A stretch of 33,967 nt of DNA, counting the filler, from Piptocephalis cylindrospora (lineage: Eukaryota), in assembly GCA_003614145.1 (NCBI GenBank). It is 16 parts of 16 records of this genome, joined end to end, with 100 filler letters (N's around TTAATTAATTAA, not from the genome) between each part and the next. Parts side by side here need not be neighbours in the genome. Positions count along the whole stretch, not along the records: positions 10,743 to 12,777 come from KZ989098.1; positions 12,878 to 14,909 come from KZ989099.1; positions 15,010 to 17,036 come from KZ989100.1; positions 17,137 to 19,163 come from KZ989101.1; positions 19,264 to 21,288 come from KZ989102.1; positions 21,389 to 23,411 come from KZ989103.1; 10 more parts are not named here. One strand, given 5' to 3'. The notes beneath the pieces were generated by a model that saw nothing but the letters and a program-made list of their open reading frames with translations, ran no database searches and was not told the DNA's origin. Position 1 is the first letter of the stretch; every line of letters starts with the position of its first letter. A program made the position numbers and the translations under genes. This document shows, piece after piece, positions 11,313 to 23,071 of the stretch.

Positions 11313-13215
11313 AGACCCTGCTTTCCGTCTTCATAACAACAACTATGGCAGTAGGATGAGAAACATCTAGCAAGGTATCCTTGGTGTTCCATCTTGATGG
11401 GAAGGAAGGATGATAAAGGAGACTGGTCATCGAAGTTCCATAGCCTAGACCGTGAGGCTGATCGACATCATGTTGTACGGAGGAAATCTTGGTCATCTCA
11501 GCCTTCATCGCGCCAACTTGTGACACATCCTAGTCATTTCCCTCCAATTCCTCCACTCTTTTCTGAATCATCCATAAAACCAAACCGGCTCTACTTTCCT
11601 TACCGATATCTCCTCTCATCACTACCGCCACACTGTGTATCCCCACTGCACCCAACCATCATCGCTCCCGTTGTCGTCATTGAGCAGGGGATGGGGCAAG
11701 GGGGCGAGAGGCTAGCTGCACCCTGGGCCGCTACCCTCATACACCACAATTGTGTCGTCCTCCGCGCTGTCCATCTGATATGCTTGTGGGTGTGCGTTGG
11801 GTGAGGGAGAATAATGAGTACACTATACACCGCTTCCTCTCCCTCTCTCACCTTACTCCCCTGGGACCTGGGATGAAGGCGGGTGTAATGGTGACCCGGA
11901 TATCCTAACCTCGCCCCTTCCCCCATTGGGGCGGGGGGCACTCTCTCCTTGTCCCCCTCTCCTCCAATCATTGGCTGCCTTGTCGACCATTCCTTCTCTC
12001 CCTCTTCCCGTCATAATGTCATCTTTACGAGGCCCCTTTCCCCTTCTAGGCTCAGGGCTTTCCCCATCAGCCTTGCTTCCCCTCTTATGTGTCTGAGAAA
12101 ATGTGTGTGTGGGAGGAGGGGGAGAAGGGCTTAGTCAAGAAAGGAACGGAAACATACCGTCTGGACTGGGCTAGGCTGGGGTTGGGCACAGTGACTACTG
12201 TGTGTGCCTGCGGCGCCCTTTTAGAAAAACCTTGCCTCTGTCACATCATCTCTCATCATCGTTCGCCCACTACCCTGTAACAACATCATCATCATCATCT
12301 CGCATAGAAGGGGGGCAAGAGAGAGATCTCAGACCGTCCGGGTGGAGATGAGCCCCATGCACACTCTCATCCCCATCCAATCCCACTATCACCACCACCA
12401 CCACCACTATCACCACCGCCACCTATCCGCCCACACTCACGGTTTTAGACACAGGGTACCCTTTGTAGACAGGGAGGATGATGAGTGGCTAGTCCCAGTC
12501 CCACTCATCTACCTATCCACACATTTCCTCCTCCTCATCCTCATCCTCATTGCCCCTCTTCTCCCGCCCACTCCGTCACCCATCGCCCATTCTTCCCTAT
12601 CCCTTTTCTTCATCCAGACTGGGTCCCTTTCCCGTTCATCCTATCCTCAAGCGCTTGCTCCTTCCTTCTTTCCAAATCCAAACCTTGCCTCCCCTTCCTT
12701 ACAACCCTTTCTTTCTCTTCTTCCCTTATACTCCTCTTCTTACTTTCCCCCTATCCCACCTTACCTTTTGTCTGACCNNNNNNNNNNNNNNNNNNNNNNN
12801 NNNNNNNNNNNNNNNNNNNNNTTAATTAATTAANNNNNNNNNNNNNNNNNNNNNNNNNNNNNNNNNNNNNNNNNNNNATCAAGTAATAAGACTGCTTCCT
12901 CCCATCCATCTCCTCTTTGTCCTTCCATCAAATGGTGGTACGTATAGGGCCAAAGATGCCGACCAAAAAGTAGTAGCAATAAACAGCGAAATGTGCTGAC
13001 CAAAAACAACAGCCAAAAAATGAATTACAACAAAAAACCTCAAAAATAGCCACTATGAAATCATGTTTTCATCTGTTTTTATTCCCCGAAAGCATTGGTG
13101 GTGCTAGAAGTAGAGACGCTCCACAGCAGTGCCTTTTCTTTTTTTTCCGCTTCTTTCCTCTCTCCATTCACTCTACCAATCTAGTCCTCCATCCCATCCC
13201 TCGATCCCAGTCATC

Positions 13216-13809
13216 ATGGTAAGCTGCGTGGAGCTTCTTGGACCGATCCCGCCCAACTGACCCCGATCCCCTTAGCCTGGAAATAGGAAAATCACGCTAA
13301 AAACCATCAAGAACCGGGAAAAAGCTCACCCGTTCTCGAGAAAGGCCAACCAGATGAACCGAGTGTTCCTGCGATCTGAGAAGCTTCAAAAGGCAAAGTC
13401 GGCGCGGCTGGGACATATGGAAGAGACAGTGCAGAGGTTCCTGGCCTTCCGGGATGCCCTGAGTCCAGAGACAATAACGATGACTCGGGAGGAGATGCGT
13501 CAGGTCTTGGAGACCTATGTCTCCAGGTACGATGAAGAGATGTTCCAGTTGGAAGCGGACCGTAGGCCCGGTCGACCCAAGACGGGTCGGGAGACCGAGC
13601 TTGAATTGCTGAGGCTACGGGAGACCGAAAGCTATGCATCTGGTCTGGACGTGCCCAATCTCACCTCTCCCTCCATGGTCAAGATCCTCCGGGGATGGGA
13701 TGGAGATCACAATTCCATCACGCGTTTCCGTACTATCCGTCTTTCCGCCTCTGCCTCCAAAGACAAGAAGACGGGAAAAGGGGAGGAGGAGGAAGTGATG
13801 ATGAAGTGA
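13216..13809 (+). CDS. TMA16: Translation machinery-associated protein 16
   Basis: ATG-only first exon (13216-13218), intron 13219-13275, then PGNRKITLKTIKNREKAHPFSRKANQMNR...RRPGRPK...E.ESYASGLDVPNLT...LRGWDGD. These are Tma16 hallmark motifs (HPxSRKA, RxGRP, GxxVPDL, WxG). Confidence 0.88.
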
Positions 13810-16800
13810 ATGTACGCTTTTTTCAAGATGAATATATCCAGCTTAATCTGTGAACAAGAAAAGAGAGCTCCCCTTTCGTGGACAAGGCCACGATCGACAG
13901 ATGGGCTGATAACAATAACCAGCCCATCATCCCCAGGCGACTGGGTAAGCAAGAACGTCCTCCGAACACACCACTCGCCCTAAGATCAGTATGCGGGGTA
14001 GCTGGGACTTTGTCGTCGACATGTACACTATGGAGATATGGGACAGATCATGGTCGACAGACAGATGAATGGTGATCTAACGGAGACGACGGTATTCTCA
14101 CATGGTGTGAATTGGAGACTTGAAATGTAACACAACCTGATTGAATCTGGATGGCAGCCTCAAAATGGGTTCAATTTCCCCAAAAACACCTATTTTCTCC
14201 AGTGTGTGGATCACATCATTCTGCTCAAGCAGCATCTCATAGACAAAGTATGAGGGGACGTGCTCGACAGAAGATGTGATGTGCTCACGCTTTCGGACGA
14301 AGCCCCTAAACTCTAGACGACCCCCCCCACTGTGCGCTATGTGTGCGGAGTGAATAGGGGGCCTCTACCCCAACACAAGGGAGATATGTGATGTGTGCTA
14401 ATAAAGCGTGAAGCAACCCCACCCTTACTCCTCCTGCACGTTCCTTACGTGATCACACACTAGACCGGAAAAGATGGTCCGCCAGTCCCAGGCCCATACA
14501 CGTGCATGAACAGACAGCCGTAAGTGCGTATATCCGGGCAAAGGTAGAGACCAAGATTTTATCACCAGCCCTCCCTCCGAGTCAAGGCAATACTCTCTCC
14601 CAGGAGATGTGCATGGTTGAGGCTGACTCTCTTTCCCCACCCCCTGCCCTTCCCACCCCCATCTCCTAGACAAATGTTTAGGCCAGACATTGACTAAATT
14701 GTCCAATTTCCGTTCATTCTAGCGAGTTTCCCCCTCACCCCTCCCTCCCCAGATGCTCCCATTACCCTCTCTTTTTCGCTCTCCGTGGGAGATGGATGAA
14801 CCGGAGCTGCTACCGAGAGATAGGGAGGAGGCGTGCCTGACACACCACTTCCCCCCCCCAGGCCCTGTCTCAACACGTTGACCGACATGCTCTTGACCGT
14901 CCAGGAGCANNNNNNNNNNNNNNNNNNNNNNNNNNNNNNNNNNNNNNNNNNNNTTAATTAATTAANNNNNNNNNNNNNNNNNNNNNNNNNNNNNNNNNNN
15001 NNNNNNNNNGCGTAGAGACGTAGAGGTATGGAGGAAAGAGGATAGAGAGGGGATAACGAAGGAAGATGGATAAGGAGAGAGGTGGTGGGAGAGGAATCGA
15101 GCCTTTTTATTCTCATTTTTTTTGCGCTTCCACCTCTAGCAAGATGTCCCAGACTTACAGTGAACATTCCTCTACCACATGGGACAGAAAAAAGGAAGGG
15201 AGGCCAGGGCAAATGATTTTGGTAAGAAGGACAGTCTCATGCCATCTCCCTCCTCTGTGCGCCTCTCGTCCCCTGGGTTGACAAGCAAAGATATAGGGAT
15301 CATTGGCCAACAAGGTCCGATAACAACAGTATGGTGAGGAAGGGAGGAGAAGCAGATATTAGGCATCTCTATGGTGTGGAGTGGCGTAGAGAGCAGGGGG
15401 AAAGGTATATGAATGCAAAGGCTATACCAACCAATGGTATACGCGAATGCGGTCGGAGTCGGGATAAGTGACCATATATTTCAAACCACGTCGGAGGATA
15501 TGTGGCTCCTTGTCAGAGTCAGCAGAGTCGGAGTGGCGGCGTAGAGGCTGATTCCTGGTGTGTCCGACATTGCTGGCGCAACCAAAAAGCAATACTTCTC
15601 TTGAAAGAGGGGAGGATGGATGATCAATCTCCGCTCTCTCACATCTAAGATGGAGCATGAGGAAATAACGAGATTAATCTGGCATTTAAATCCCTGATTT
15701 TGAGACAACTTGGTCGATTGTGTAATCACATGTCTTACTTGGGAGGGAGGGGAAGATCAGCTCTTGTCCTTAAGGCAGAGGAACACAGACTAGATCCTAT
15801 CCCCAGAGAGAATAGCACAGATCAGATGATGAATGGTGGAAAGGTAGTGGTCGTCATGGTGATGGCATGCAAGAATCGGAAAAGAGTAAGACTGGAGAAA
15901 AAAAAGAACAGGATGGAATGCATTCCCGATAATTCAAAAGGAAAGGAGGGATGCATGGATAATTGGAAATGACATGTGAAAACAAATGCAGTAAGGAGCT
16001 GTGTTTGTTGTGATGAATGAGTGGAAGGAGGTACCATGGAACGGTCCACGTTCTTGGACATGTGGGGCATGGGGTTCATCAGGAGAGAGATGGGGGAGGG
16101 ATGAAGGGAGAAAGAGGGGAGGGAGGGATGAATGACTCTCCGGGAGTACAAGGGACGGAACCGGCCATCCCTACCCCCTCCCCTCAGACTCACACGGCTC
16201 CCCGTATCCTATGCATCCCAAGGATGCATGGGAAGGGGGAGGACAAGGAAAAGCGACCCAGGAGGGTAGTTGGAAGAATGTGCGCATGATCCGACTGGGT
16301 AGGGCACCTTGTCCTTGAAAAGAGATGGAGGATATGGACATTCCAGAATGCCCATCCCCCATTGAGTGGGAAAACGGAAATAGGGGGGGGGGAGAGAGGG
16401 TATACCAGAGCCAAAATTCTATAAGGAGTGATTGGAGGGATTAACGAAGGGGGCGAAGGAGCAGTGTTTCAACCGTTCCAGGATCTATAAGAGGATGCAC
16501 GACCACAAGTGGAATGAGATCATGCAATGGGTCTTTTTTTTTCTAAAAGGGACAAATCCAGGTCAATGTGGATGGGGGGAGAGAGAGAGGGGTGAAGCGA
16601 GGTACAAGGAAGAAGACGCAAGAGATGTATATGGAGATGGAGAGATGAAGGAGTGATGAATTAAGGGAAAGTCAAAGGATGAACAAGCCATCCCATTATC
16701 CTCATCCTATTTATCTCCCCAAATAACCATATTAGCTCATATCATAGAAAGAAAAAAATGTTATACCCCTGAAGTGACCACGTAGACAAGATGATGATCG

Positions 16801-17136
16801 CCCCTCTATGCCCATGGAGTGACGAAATGGACGTGCATGGATCTGATGTGGTGGAAACATAGAGATGCGCGCGGACTTACCCCTTCACCGCAAAGGGCAG
16901 TCTCTTACCCCTGTGGGCCGTGCGGGGAGGGGGGATGGTATGGCCTTTGAAACACCGCCGGAAAACATAACCAACTCGGTTTGAAATAGGCCATACTGTC
17001 CTCGCCTGCTGAGCTATACAGTGGAGAGGCGGAGAGNNNNNNNNNNNNNNNNNNNNNNNNNNNNNNNNNNNNNNNNNNNNTTAATTAATTAANNNNNNNN
17101 NNNNNNNNNNNNNNNNNNNNNNNNNNNNNNNNNNNN

Positions 17137-17191
17137 AGAGGTTGAGGATTCCTTGAGACAAATCATTTGAGAAGAGGAAAGGAGGAAGGGA
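17137..17191. repeat. 55-bp exact terminal direct repeat (partner 19109-19163)
   Basis: AGAGGTTGAGGATTCC...GGAGGAAGGGA opens and closes the contig. Confidence 0.95.
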
Positions 17192-19108
17192 AAAGGAGGA
17201 GGAGACATCAGGGCTACTCCAGCCATTCGATGAGGCATAAGACATGGTGGAGCGATCTTGACTCCCTAGGAGGGCATTGTTGTTACTGCTGCTGTTGTTG
17301 AGGACGGGACCACCAGGACTTGTTGGAGCGGACAAAGGAGGGGATGGAGGACCAGAGGCACTTGGGTGACCCAACGCCATGGTCAAATCACCGATCCCGA
17401 CCATGGATTGAGACCATTCCAGAGAACGGGAATGCATGCCTTGGAGACAGGAAAAGGAAGGGGGATCCTTGGGTTGGATGGAGGAATCCGGGGAGGAGAC
17501 GGAGGATGAAGAGGATGGGGGCGAGGAGGAGGAGGAGGAAGAAGGGGATGCGGCACGATGGGTCGTTTCAAGGTTCAAAGCAAAGGTCACCCTGGAAGGC
17601 TCATCCTCCATTATTCTAGATTCGTCATCTATGATTGAGTTGTCGCCTATGATTCTAGACTCATCCCCGATCATCCTAGACTCATCTCCGATCATCCTGG
17701 ACTCATCTCCAATCATCCTGGAGTCATCCAAACAATCCTGAATCATACTGCCTTGAATGGTGCTTTCGTTGACCATACGACCATGGATTAGGCTGTCGTT
17801 GATCATACCACTATGCATGATGCCGCTGGACATGATCATGCCACTTGGAAGCATGCTGGTATCCCCCATTCTACTTTCGTCTCCCAGCCTACTCTCATCC
17901 CCAATCCTGCTTGGATCCTCTATCCTACTCTCATCGCCCAATCGGCCTTGACCGTCGATCCTACTACCAACCTCGCCTAGACCGTCGACCTCGCCAATGG
18001 TGGTGATGTTTCCCATGAGAGAAAAGGGGCGTTGCATGTCGGCCCATGAAACTTGACTTCTCTCCACTTCATCCTCCTCCTCCTCATTCCGGGGATCAGG
18101 ACAAGGGGATTCTGGGAGGGCGGTGGGGGGATCGACCATGATTTCTTCCCTGTCTGTGGGGAGATCCCTCATGGGTGGGTTGGATACGCCATGGGCCCTT
18201 AGGGCCTCGTCTCTTTGACGTGTCCTACGGGAAAGGAGGAAGCTGAGGGACTTGCCCTGAGGCCTCCTGGACCTCTTTCTAGCCGAGGAGGAGGGAGGGG
18301 CGGCACCTGATCGAGGGTCCAATGGAGCCATGACCAGGATACCGGCAAGCCCTGGGTACATGGCCCTGTCCCGTAGACCCGTGGAGGGATCATCCCCAGG
18401 ATGGAGGAGTAGTCGATCGAGGAGGGACCGGGCGTTGGAAAAGACCCAAGATAGATCGGGATCCCTACGGATAGTCCTGACCAGACCCTCAACAGAATAG
18501 CCCTTGCCTGACCACATCAGTTCCTCGGTCATTAGGAGAGCAAGGCGCCGAAGAGCAATGGTGGTATATAGGGCCCTAGAGGCCTCGACACTCCCAGGAC
18601 ACCCGCCCCTACGGATATCCCCAGAGGAGGATTCCTTTGCTCCACTGGCCTTCCTACGGGAGGCGGGGATTGGGCGTTTATCCATGCGAGTAGCCCTCCA
18701 AATGGTCTTCCAGGGTCTGTGGGCATATTCGGCGGCAATGGCACGGATGTACAGAGCAGCATCCTCCCGATCGGCCCTGGACAGGGGTTGTGACAGACGG
18801 TGGGTCCTGGCAGAATCCTTGTCTGAGAGACCAGGGGACCCGGATGTCGAGGTGGATGAGGGGGCTGGGAGAAGGAATCGAACGAGGAGGGAGAGGGGGG
18901 AGCAGCGGACGTGTCGGATGATGGACCTGGATCGAGGGGAATCGGCAGGGAGGAGACGACGAAGGGCCAAGTCCAGGGGAGAGGGAGGTAGAAGGTGTGG
19001 GACCAGGGTGTCGACTAGATCGTTGATGGCTTGCAGCGTCCTTTCCGGCAGAGTGTAGGGGATGTGGGCAGGGAGAAGATAGGTTGGTCTTGTGGGAAGG
19101 AGGGGGGC
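17137..19108 (-). CDS. Hypothetical protein with a possible histone-fold-like N-terminal region and a Ser/Pro-rich repeat-containing C-terminal region (partial)
   Basis: One stop-free frame of more than 650 codons spans the contig. The annotated start at 19138 lies inside the duplicated 55-bp end and is unreliable. Confidence 0.7.
17608..17945 (-). repeat. Coding minisatellites: 21-bp units (M/I)IGDESR at ~17608-17730 and 18-bp units (L/I)GDESR at ~17860-17945
   Basis: Visible in DNA (gactcatc(c/t)cc(g/a)atcatcct(a/g) repeated) and in protein (DDSRMIGDESRMIGDESRMIGDESRIIGDNSIIDDESRI; LGDESRIEDPSRIGDESRLGDESRMGD). Confidence 0.9.
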
Positions 19109-19263
19109 AGAGGTTGAGGATTCCTTGAGACAAATCATTTGAGAAGAGGAAAGGAGGAAGGGANNNNNNNNNNNNNNNNNNNNNNNNNNNNNNNNNNNNN
19201 NNNNNNNTTAATTAATTAANNNNNNNNNNNNNNNNNNNNNNNNNNNNNNNNNNNNNNNNNNNN

Positions 19264-19318
19264 CTAGGAGAGAGTGCTTGGCCTCCTTGCCACCCTTGAG
19301 GATGACGGCATTGGAGGA
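19264..19318 (-). CDS. PRO2: 55-bp fragment of gamma-glutamyl phosphate reductase at the contig end
   Basis: The minus strand reads SSNAVILKGGKEAKHSLL, matching the ProA/Pro2 motif SGNAVILKGGKEAxxS. Similarity stops at about 55 bp with no splice acceptor before it. Confidence 0.7.
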
Positions 19319-19603
19319 AGGAAAGATAGGGGAGAGGAGGATGAAAGGGGTGGGGATGATTACACCATATATTTATACCCTTCAATAGCCGCACGCTCAT
19401 TCTTCATCCCTAAGGCAAGGCAAGAGGACAAAGCCATCCTAAGAGGCAGAACCAGAGTAGAGGAGGGCACGGACAGACGAATACCCTGGCCTGCAAGGGA
19501 CATGCGCGTCCAGAGGCATGCCTATGGAATGTGTGGATGAGTGGTGGGGAGTAGTGGACGCTGTGGCCTCACTGCTGTATGTTTATGACGACGACATGTG
19601 TAG

Positions 19604-19604
<1 letters not shown>

Positions 19605-19636
<32 letters not shown>
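19605..19636. repeat. (CT)16 microsatellite
   Basis: Perfect dinucleotide run read directly from the sequence. Confidence 0.95.
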
Positions 19637-19637
<1 letters not shown>

Positions 19638-20588
19638 GATGATTGAGTCATAGGAGAAGGTGAAGGGCACAAGCATCAAGGCGCCTCCAGGATGGCCTGC
19701 TGTGTCAAAGAATATAGGACCATTGGATATTCGCGCCTCTCAACGACACAGCCATAGATCGCCCATCAATCCTTAAAGAAGGCTGGTCCTTTGGCTTAGC
19801 CTACAGAAGCGAGACGACGTCATGGCTGACTGATGGGAAAGTGGGGACGAGAAAAGATGAAAAGGCCACTTCAATTTAGAACTGGAAAGAAAGTGATTTG
19901 AACCTTTAACCCAATCAGTTACGCGCTGAAAGAACCCTTGCAAAGGGGCAAGGGAACAAGCATGACCGTTTGATAAGGAATACTGATACGGGACCCCATA
20001 GATGTGTGAGCAATGACGGCAGGGTTCCACGGTTGTGCTGCTAGGGTCTTAGCTAACCTGTCCACCACGGGATAGACTTCCATCCTATCAATGGAGGCGA
20101 GATTCAAGGAGACTACCATTCAAACACATTATTGGTTGTATAAAAAGTATCCGAAATCTACAGGAATTCACTATTTTGTGTCTCATTTTTACTCTGAAAA
20201 GATGGCAGCTGCGTTCCCAAAATTTAGCCTACTACGTTCGATTCATCCCTTAGTAGAAGGATTTAGTAGAAGGGTTTAAAAAACAAAAAGGCAGAAAGGT
20301 GAGCGTGTATGTACACAAGTGAGGAATTGCCAGTCAAAGGGGCGCACACTGCGAAGTGTACCGGAGACCACACAATTATTCCCAGCCTTCCAGATCCCTC
20401 AGATCTCGCCTCCAAGCTCAGGCTCAGGGTACGGAAAGATGGCGGCATGACAGTCGGTTTAAAATCATCATCTCGTCTCATCTTGTTCCTAGTACCGACA
20501 ATACCGTGGTAAAGGGTTCGTCCAGTCCGGTCCAGTTGTCCGGTCCTTCACCGATGACCCCTCTCCTCCTTCCCCTTCCTCTTCTACT

Positions 20589-21288
20589 ATGACCTTTGGA
20601 CAGCAGCTCGTTGAACGCGTCTCCGTACTCCCGGAACCCTTTGCTTCCACCTATCTACCCTACCATACCCTCAAGGTACGGCTCAAGACGATCAAGGTTG
20701 CCTCAGCCTCCCTAGCCACATTTGCCTCAGTCCCAGGAGAAGCTTCCCTGGTGGAAGACATTACTCTTCGTCTCGCCAGTCTCCAGAAGCATATTCCTGA
20801 GTTCATCAAGGAAATTGAATCGTCCCTCGGCCCCATTCACACCCTGGTTCACAGGGAGATTGAGGCACTCAAACTCCAGGTCTCCTCCGCTTCCAAGGGA
20901 CAGGAGGCCCTAAAACGCCTCCTTGCCCTTGAAACCTACATTTCCCTTAATGCCACTGGTCTGATTAAAATCCTCAAGAAATTGGATAAACAATCGGGTA
21001 TTCGACTGGCCGAGGCCTTTTCCGTCCGCTTCCGCTCACATAGTCCATTACTTCATTGCCCCGAGCTAGAGGGTTTGAAACGATCTCTCTCATCCTATCA
21101 ATCATCCCAGGTATCCTCTTCGCCCTCCCCAGGCTTAGAGACCCCTTCTTCTGCCTCCACTGCCTCTTCCTCCCCGTCCCTACCCTCTTCCCCTCTTCCC
21201 CAAAGGGCCATCGCTACCTTGGCTGGACCCCATGGGACGGATATCATCGGTGCAGTTCTGGGCGTGTGTGCTACCCATGGCGCCCAGG
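20589..21288 (+). CDS. SPX-domain protein followed by an ACT-like segment (possible SPX-phosphoserine phosphatase fusion), 3'-partial
   Basis: SPX hallmarks MTFGQQL, YLPYHTLKVRLK and LETYISLNATGLIKILKKLDK. A Ser/Pro linker follows, then RAIATLAGPHGTDIIGAVLGVCATHGAQ at the contig end. Confidence 0.85.
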
Positions 21289-21388
21289 NNNNNNNNNNNN
21301 NNNNNNNNNNNNNNNNNNNNNNNNNNNNNNNNTTAATTAATTAANNNNNNNNNNNNNNNNNNNNNNNNNNNNNNNNNNNNNNNNNNNN

Positions 21389-23071
21389 CCTGGGGGAAAT
21401 CTCAAGGAGGTAAGTGACCAAGGGGTATTGATGCCTTCCCCTGTTTCTCGTAAATGGATGCATACTGATTGACTTTTGTATGCTCCCCTCAGTGGATTCG
21501 CGACAAGGAAAAACCACTTACCCTTGAGCTGTGCATTAGCTTTGCTACTGATACCGCTCGGGCCCTCGCATTTCTACATGCTCGGGATATTATTCATCGG
21601 TGAGTAACGAACATGATTTGAGACGTTATCCATTTCATCCTATTCTAAATCCAACCCATTATCTCTCAAATTCTCTCCTTATCCAATTACCATGAAGAGA
21701 CATTAAAGGAGAAAACCTCCTTGTGACCGACAATGGTAGGATTAAGGTGTGTGACTTTGGCTTTTCCCGGTACGTTTACGCTCTCTAGTAGAATACAGAA
21801 TGAAGACAGCTCTTCTACTAAACATTCATACCACTATTCCCTCCCTCCAGACTGGCGGCTAGAGGGTCCGAAGAGATGAAGCGGATCAGTTACTGTGGGA
21901 CGGATGAGTATATGGCACCAGAAATCATGTTGGGGATGGAATTTGGAACGGCCGTGGATACCTTTAGTTTTGGCATGATCCTGGCAGAGCTTTTGACTCG
22001 AAGTATGATCGAGGATGGATTATTGCAAAGGGATATTCCAGGTTTCTCCCTCCAGGCCTCCTCGCTCAAAGAAAGCCTTTACCACGTCCCTTCCTCCCCG
22101 GAGCAAGAAGACCTTGTGAGTCTGTGTCTATCTTGTACACGTGCAACGGAAGAGGAAAGGCCTCAATGGAAAGAAACGCTACAAGATCTACGATTTATCC
22201 AGCTCTCTCTCCCCAACCCCTCCCATCCTGGGACATACCAAGGTACATTTTATTATCAAGAGATCTTTGGGAGATAAAGAGTGTGCGGCAAATTGGCTCA
22301 TTAGCCCTACACCATCAGGCCCATCGCCTATTCTAGATGAAGAGGAAGAGGACGGATCTTTGGATCAATCATCCCACTCCAGTAGTCGTCCGGCCATCAT
22401 GGACCTCTTTGAGGCGGGAAGTAGCACTTACTCGCTCAGCTCCAAGGGCGATATCACAAAGATATCCATGGGAAGTTCTTTTGGGAAAACCTTGGAGGAT
22501 GAGCCTGATCAAACAATCCGCTGTAAGGCCAATGGAGGATCCAATGATTTAAATGAGGACATTGTTCGTACCCAGCCCATGCAGTACTCTTTCAAGGAGA
22601 AGGGGGAGGAAGAAGAGGAAGATGAAGTGATAGAGGATACAATGAGTAATAGCAGGACAGTCAAGGTATCCCTTCTCTCGCGCACCATCCGACGTCGCCT
22701 GACTCGGCCGATAGGTAAGTATGAGAGTAGGATGCATACATACTCCAGTCTCACCCTTTCACCTCTTCTTAGAGTCCCTATCCGCCCAGCAACTCGTTCA
22801 CCGCTTCTCAGTGGCCAGAACAGGGGGAAAGGCCAAGTGTGGTGTGTGTCAAACAAGGATCAGCATGCTTCCCGGGATGACCAAGGTTTTTGAATGTGAC
22901 GGTAGGTTGGGTACTGAAAAGGGCATGGCCCGGGACGAATCGCTTATCTTTCCGCCCATCTTGGTGTTCTTATTAGATTGCGGCTTGATATGTCACCGAA
23001 AGTGTGGGCCCAAAGCGGACCTTTCCTGTAAAGAGGGAGATAGCCATCCAGGAGAGATGGTGGAGAATTAA
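21389..23071 (+). CDS. TKL-group (LISK: LIMK/TESK-like) protein kinase with a C-terminal C1 zinc finger (5'-partial)
   Basis: Exons 21389-21409, 21493-21599, 21698-21769, 21851-22242, 22337-22714, 22773-22901 and 22977-23071. Motifs GGNL, ARALAFLHARDIIHRDIKGENLL, KVCDFGFSR, YCGTDEYMAPE, DTFSFGMIL. C1 pattern HRF...CGVC...FECDDCGLICHRKC...SC. Confidence 0.88.

Noticed and set aside
12280..12777. His-rich ORF 12342-12833
   Set aside because: CAC/CAT and CT-rich low-complexity sequence typical of a promoter or 5' leader, with a GTG start and no protein signature.
14694..14909. Possible minus-strand gene tail containing PPPY
   Set aside because: Too short and low in complexity to support a call.
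15010..17036. Short ORFs across contig 8
   Set aside because: No recognisable domain or consistent splice model; the purine-rich composition suggests intergenic or leader DNA, although a small spliced gene cannot be excluded.
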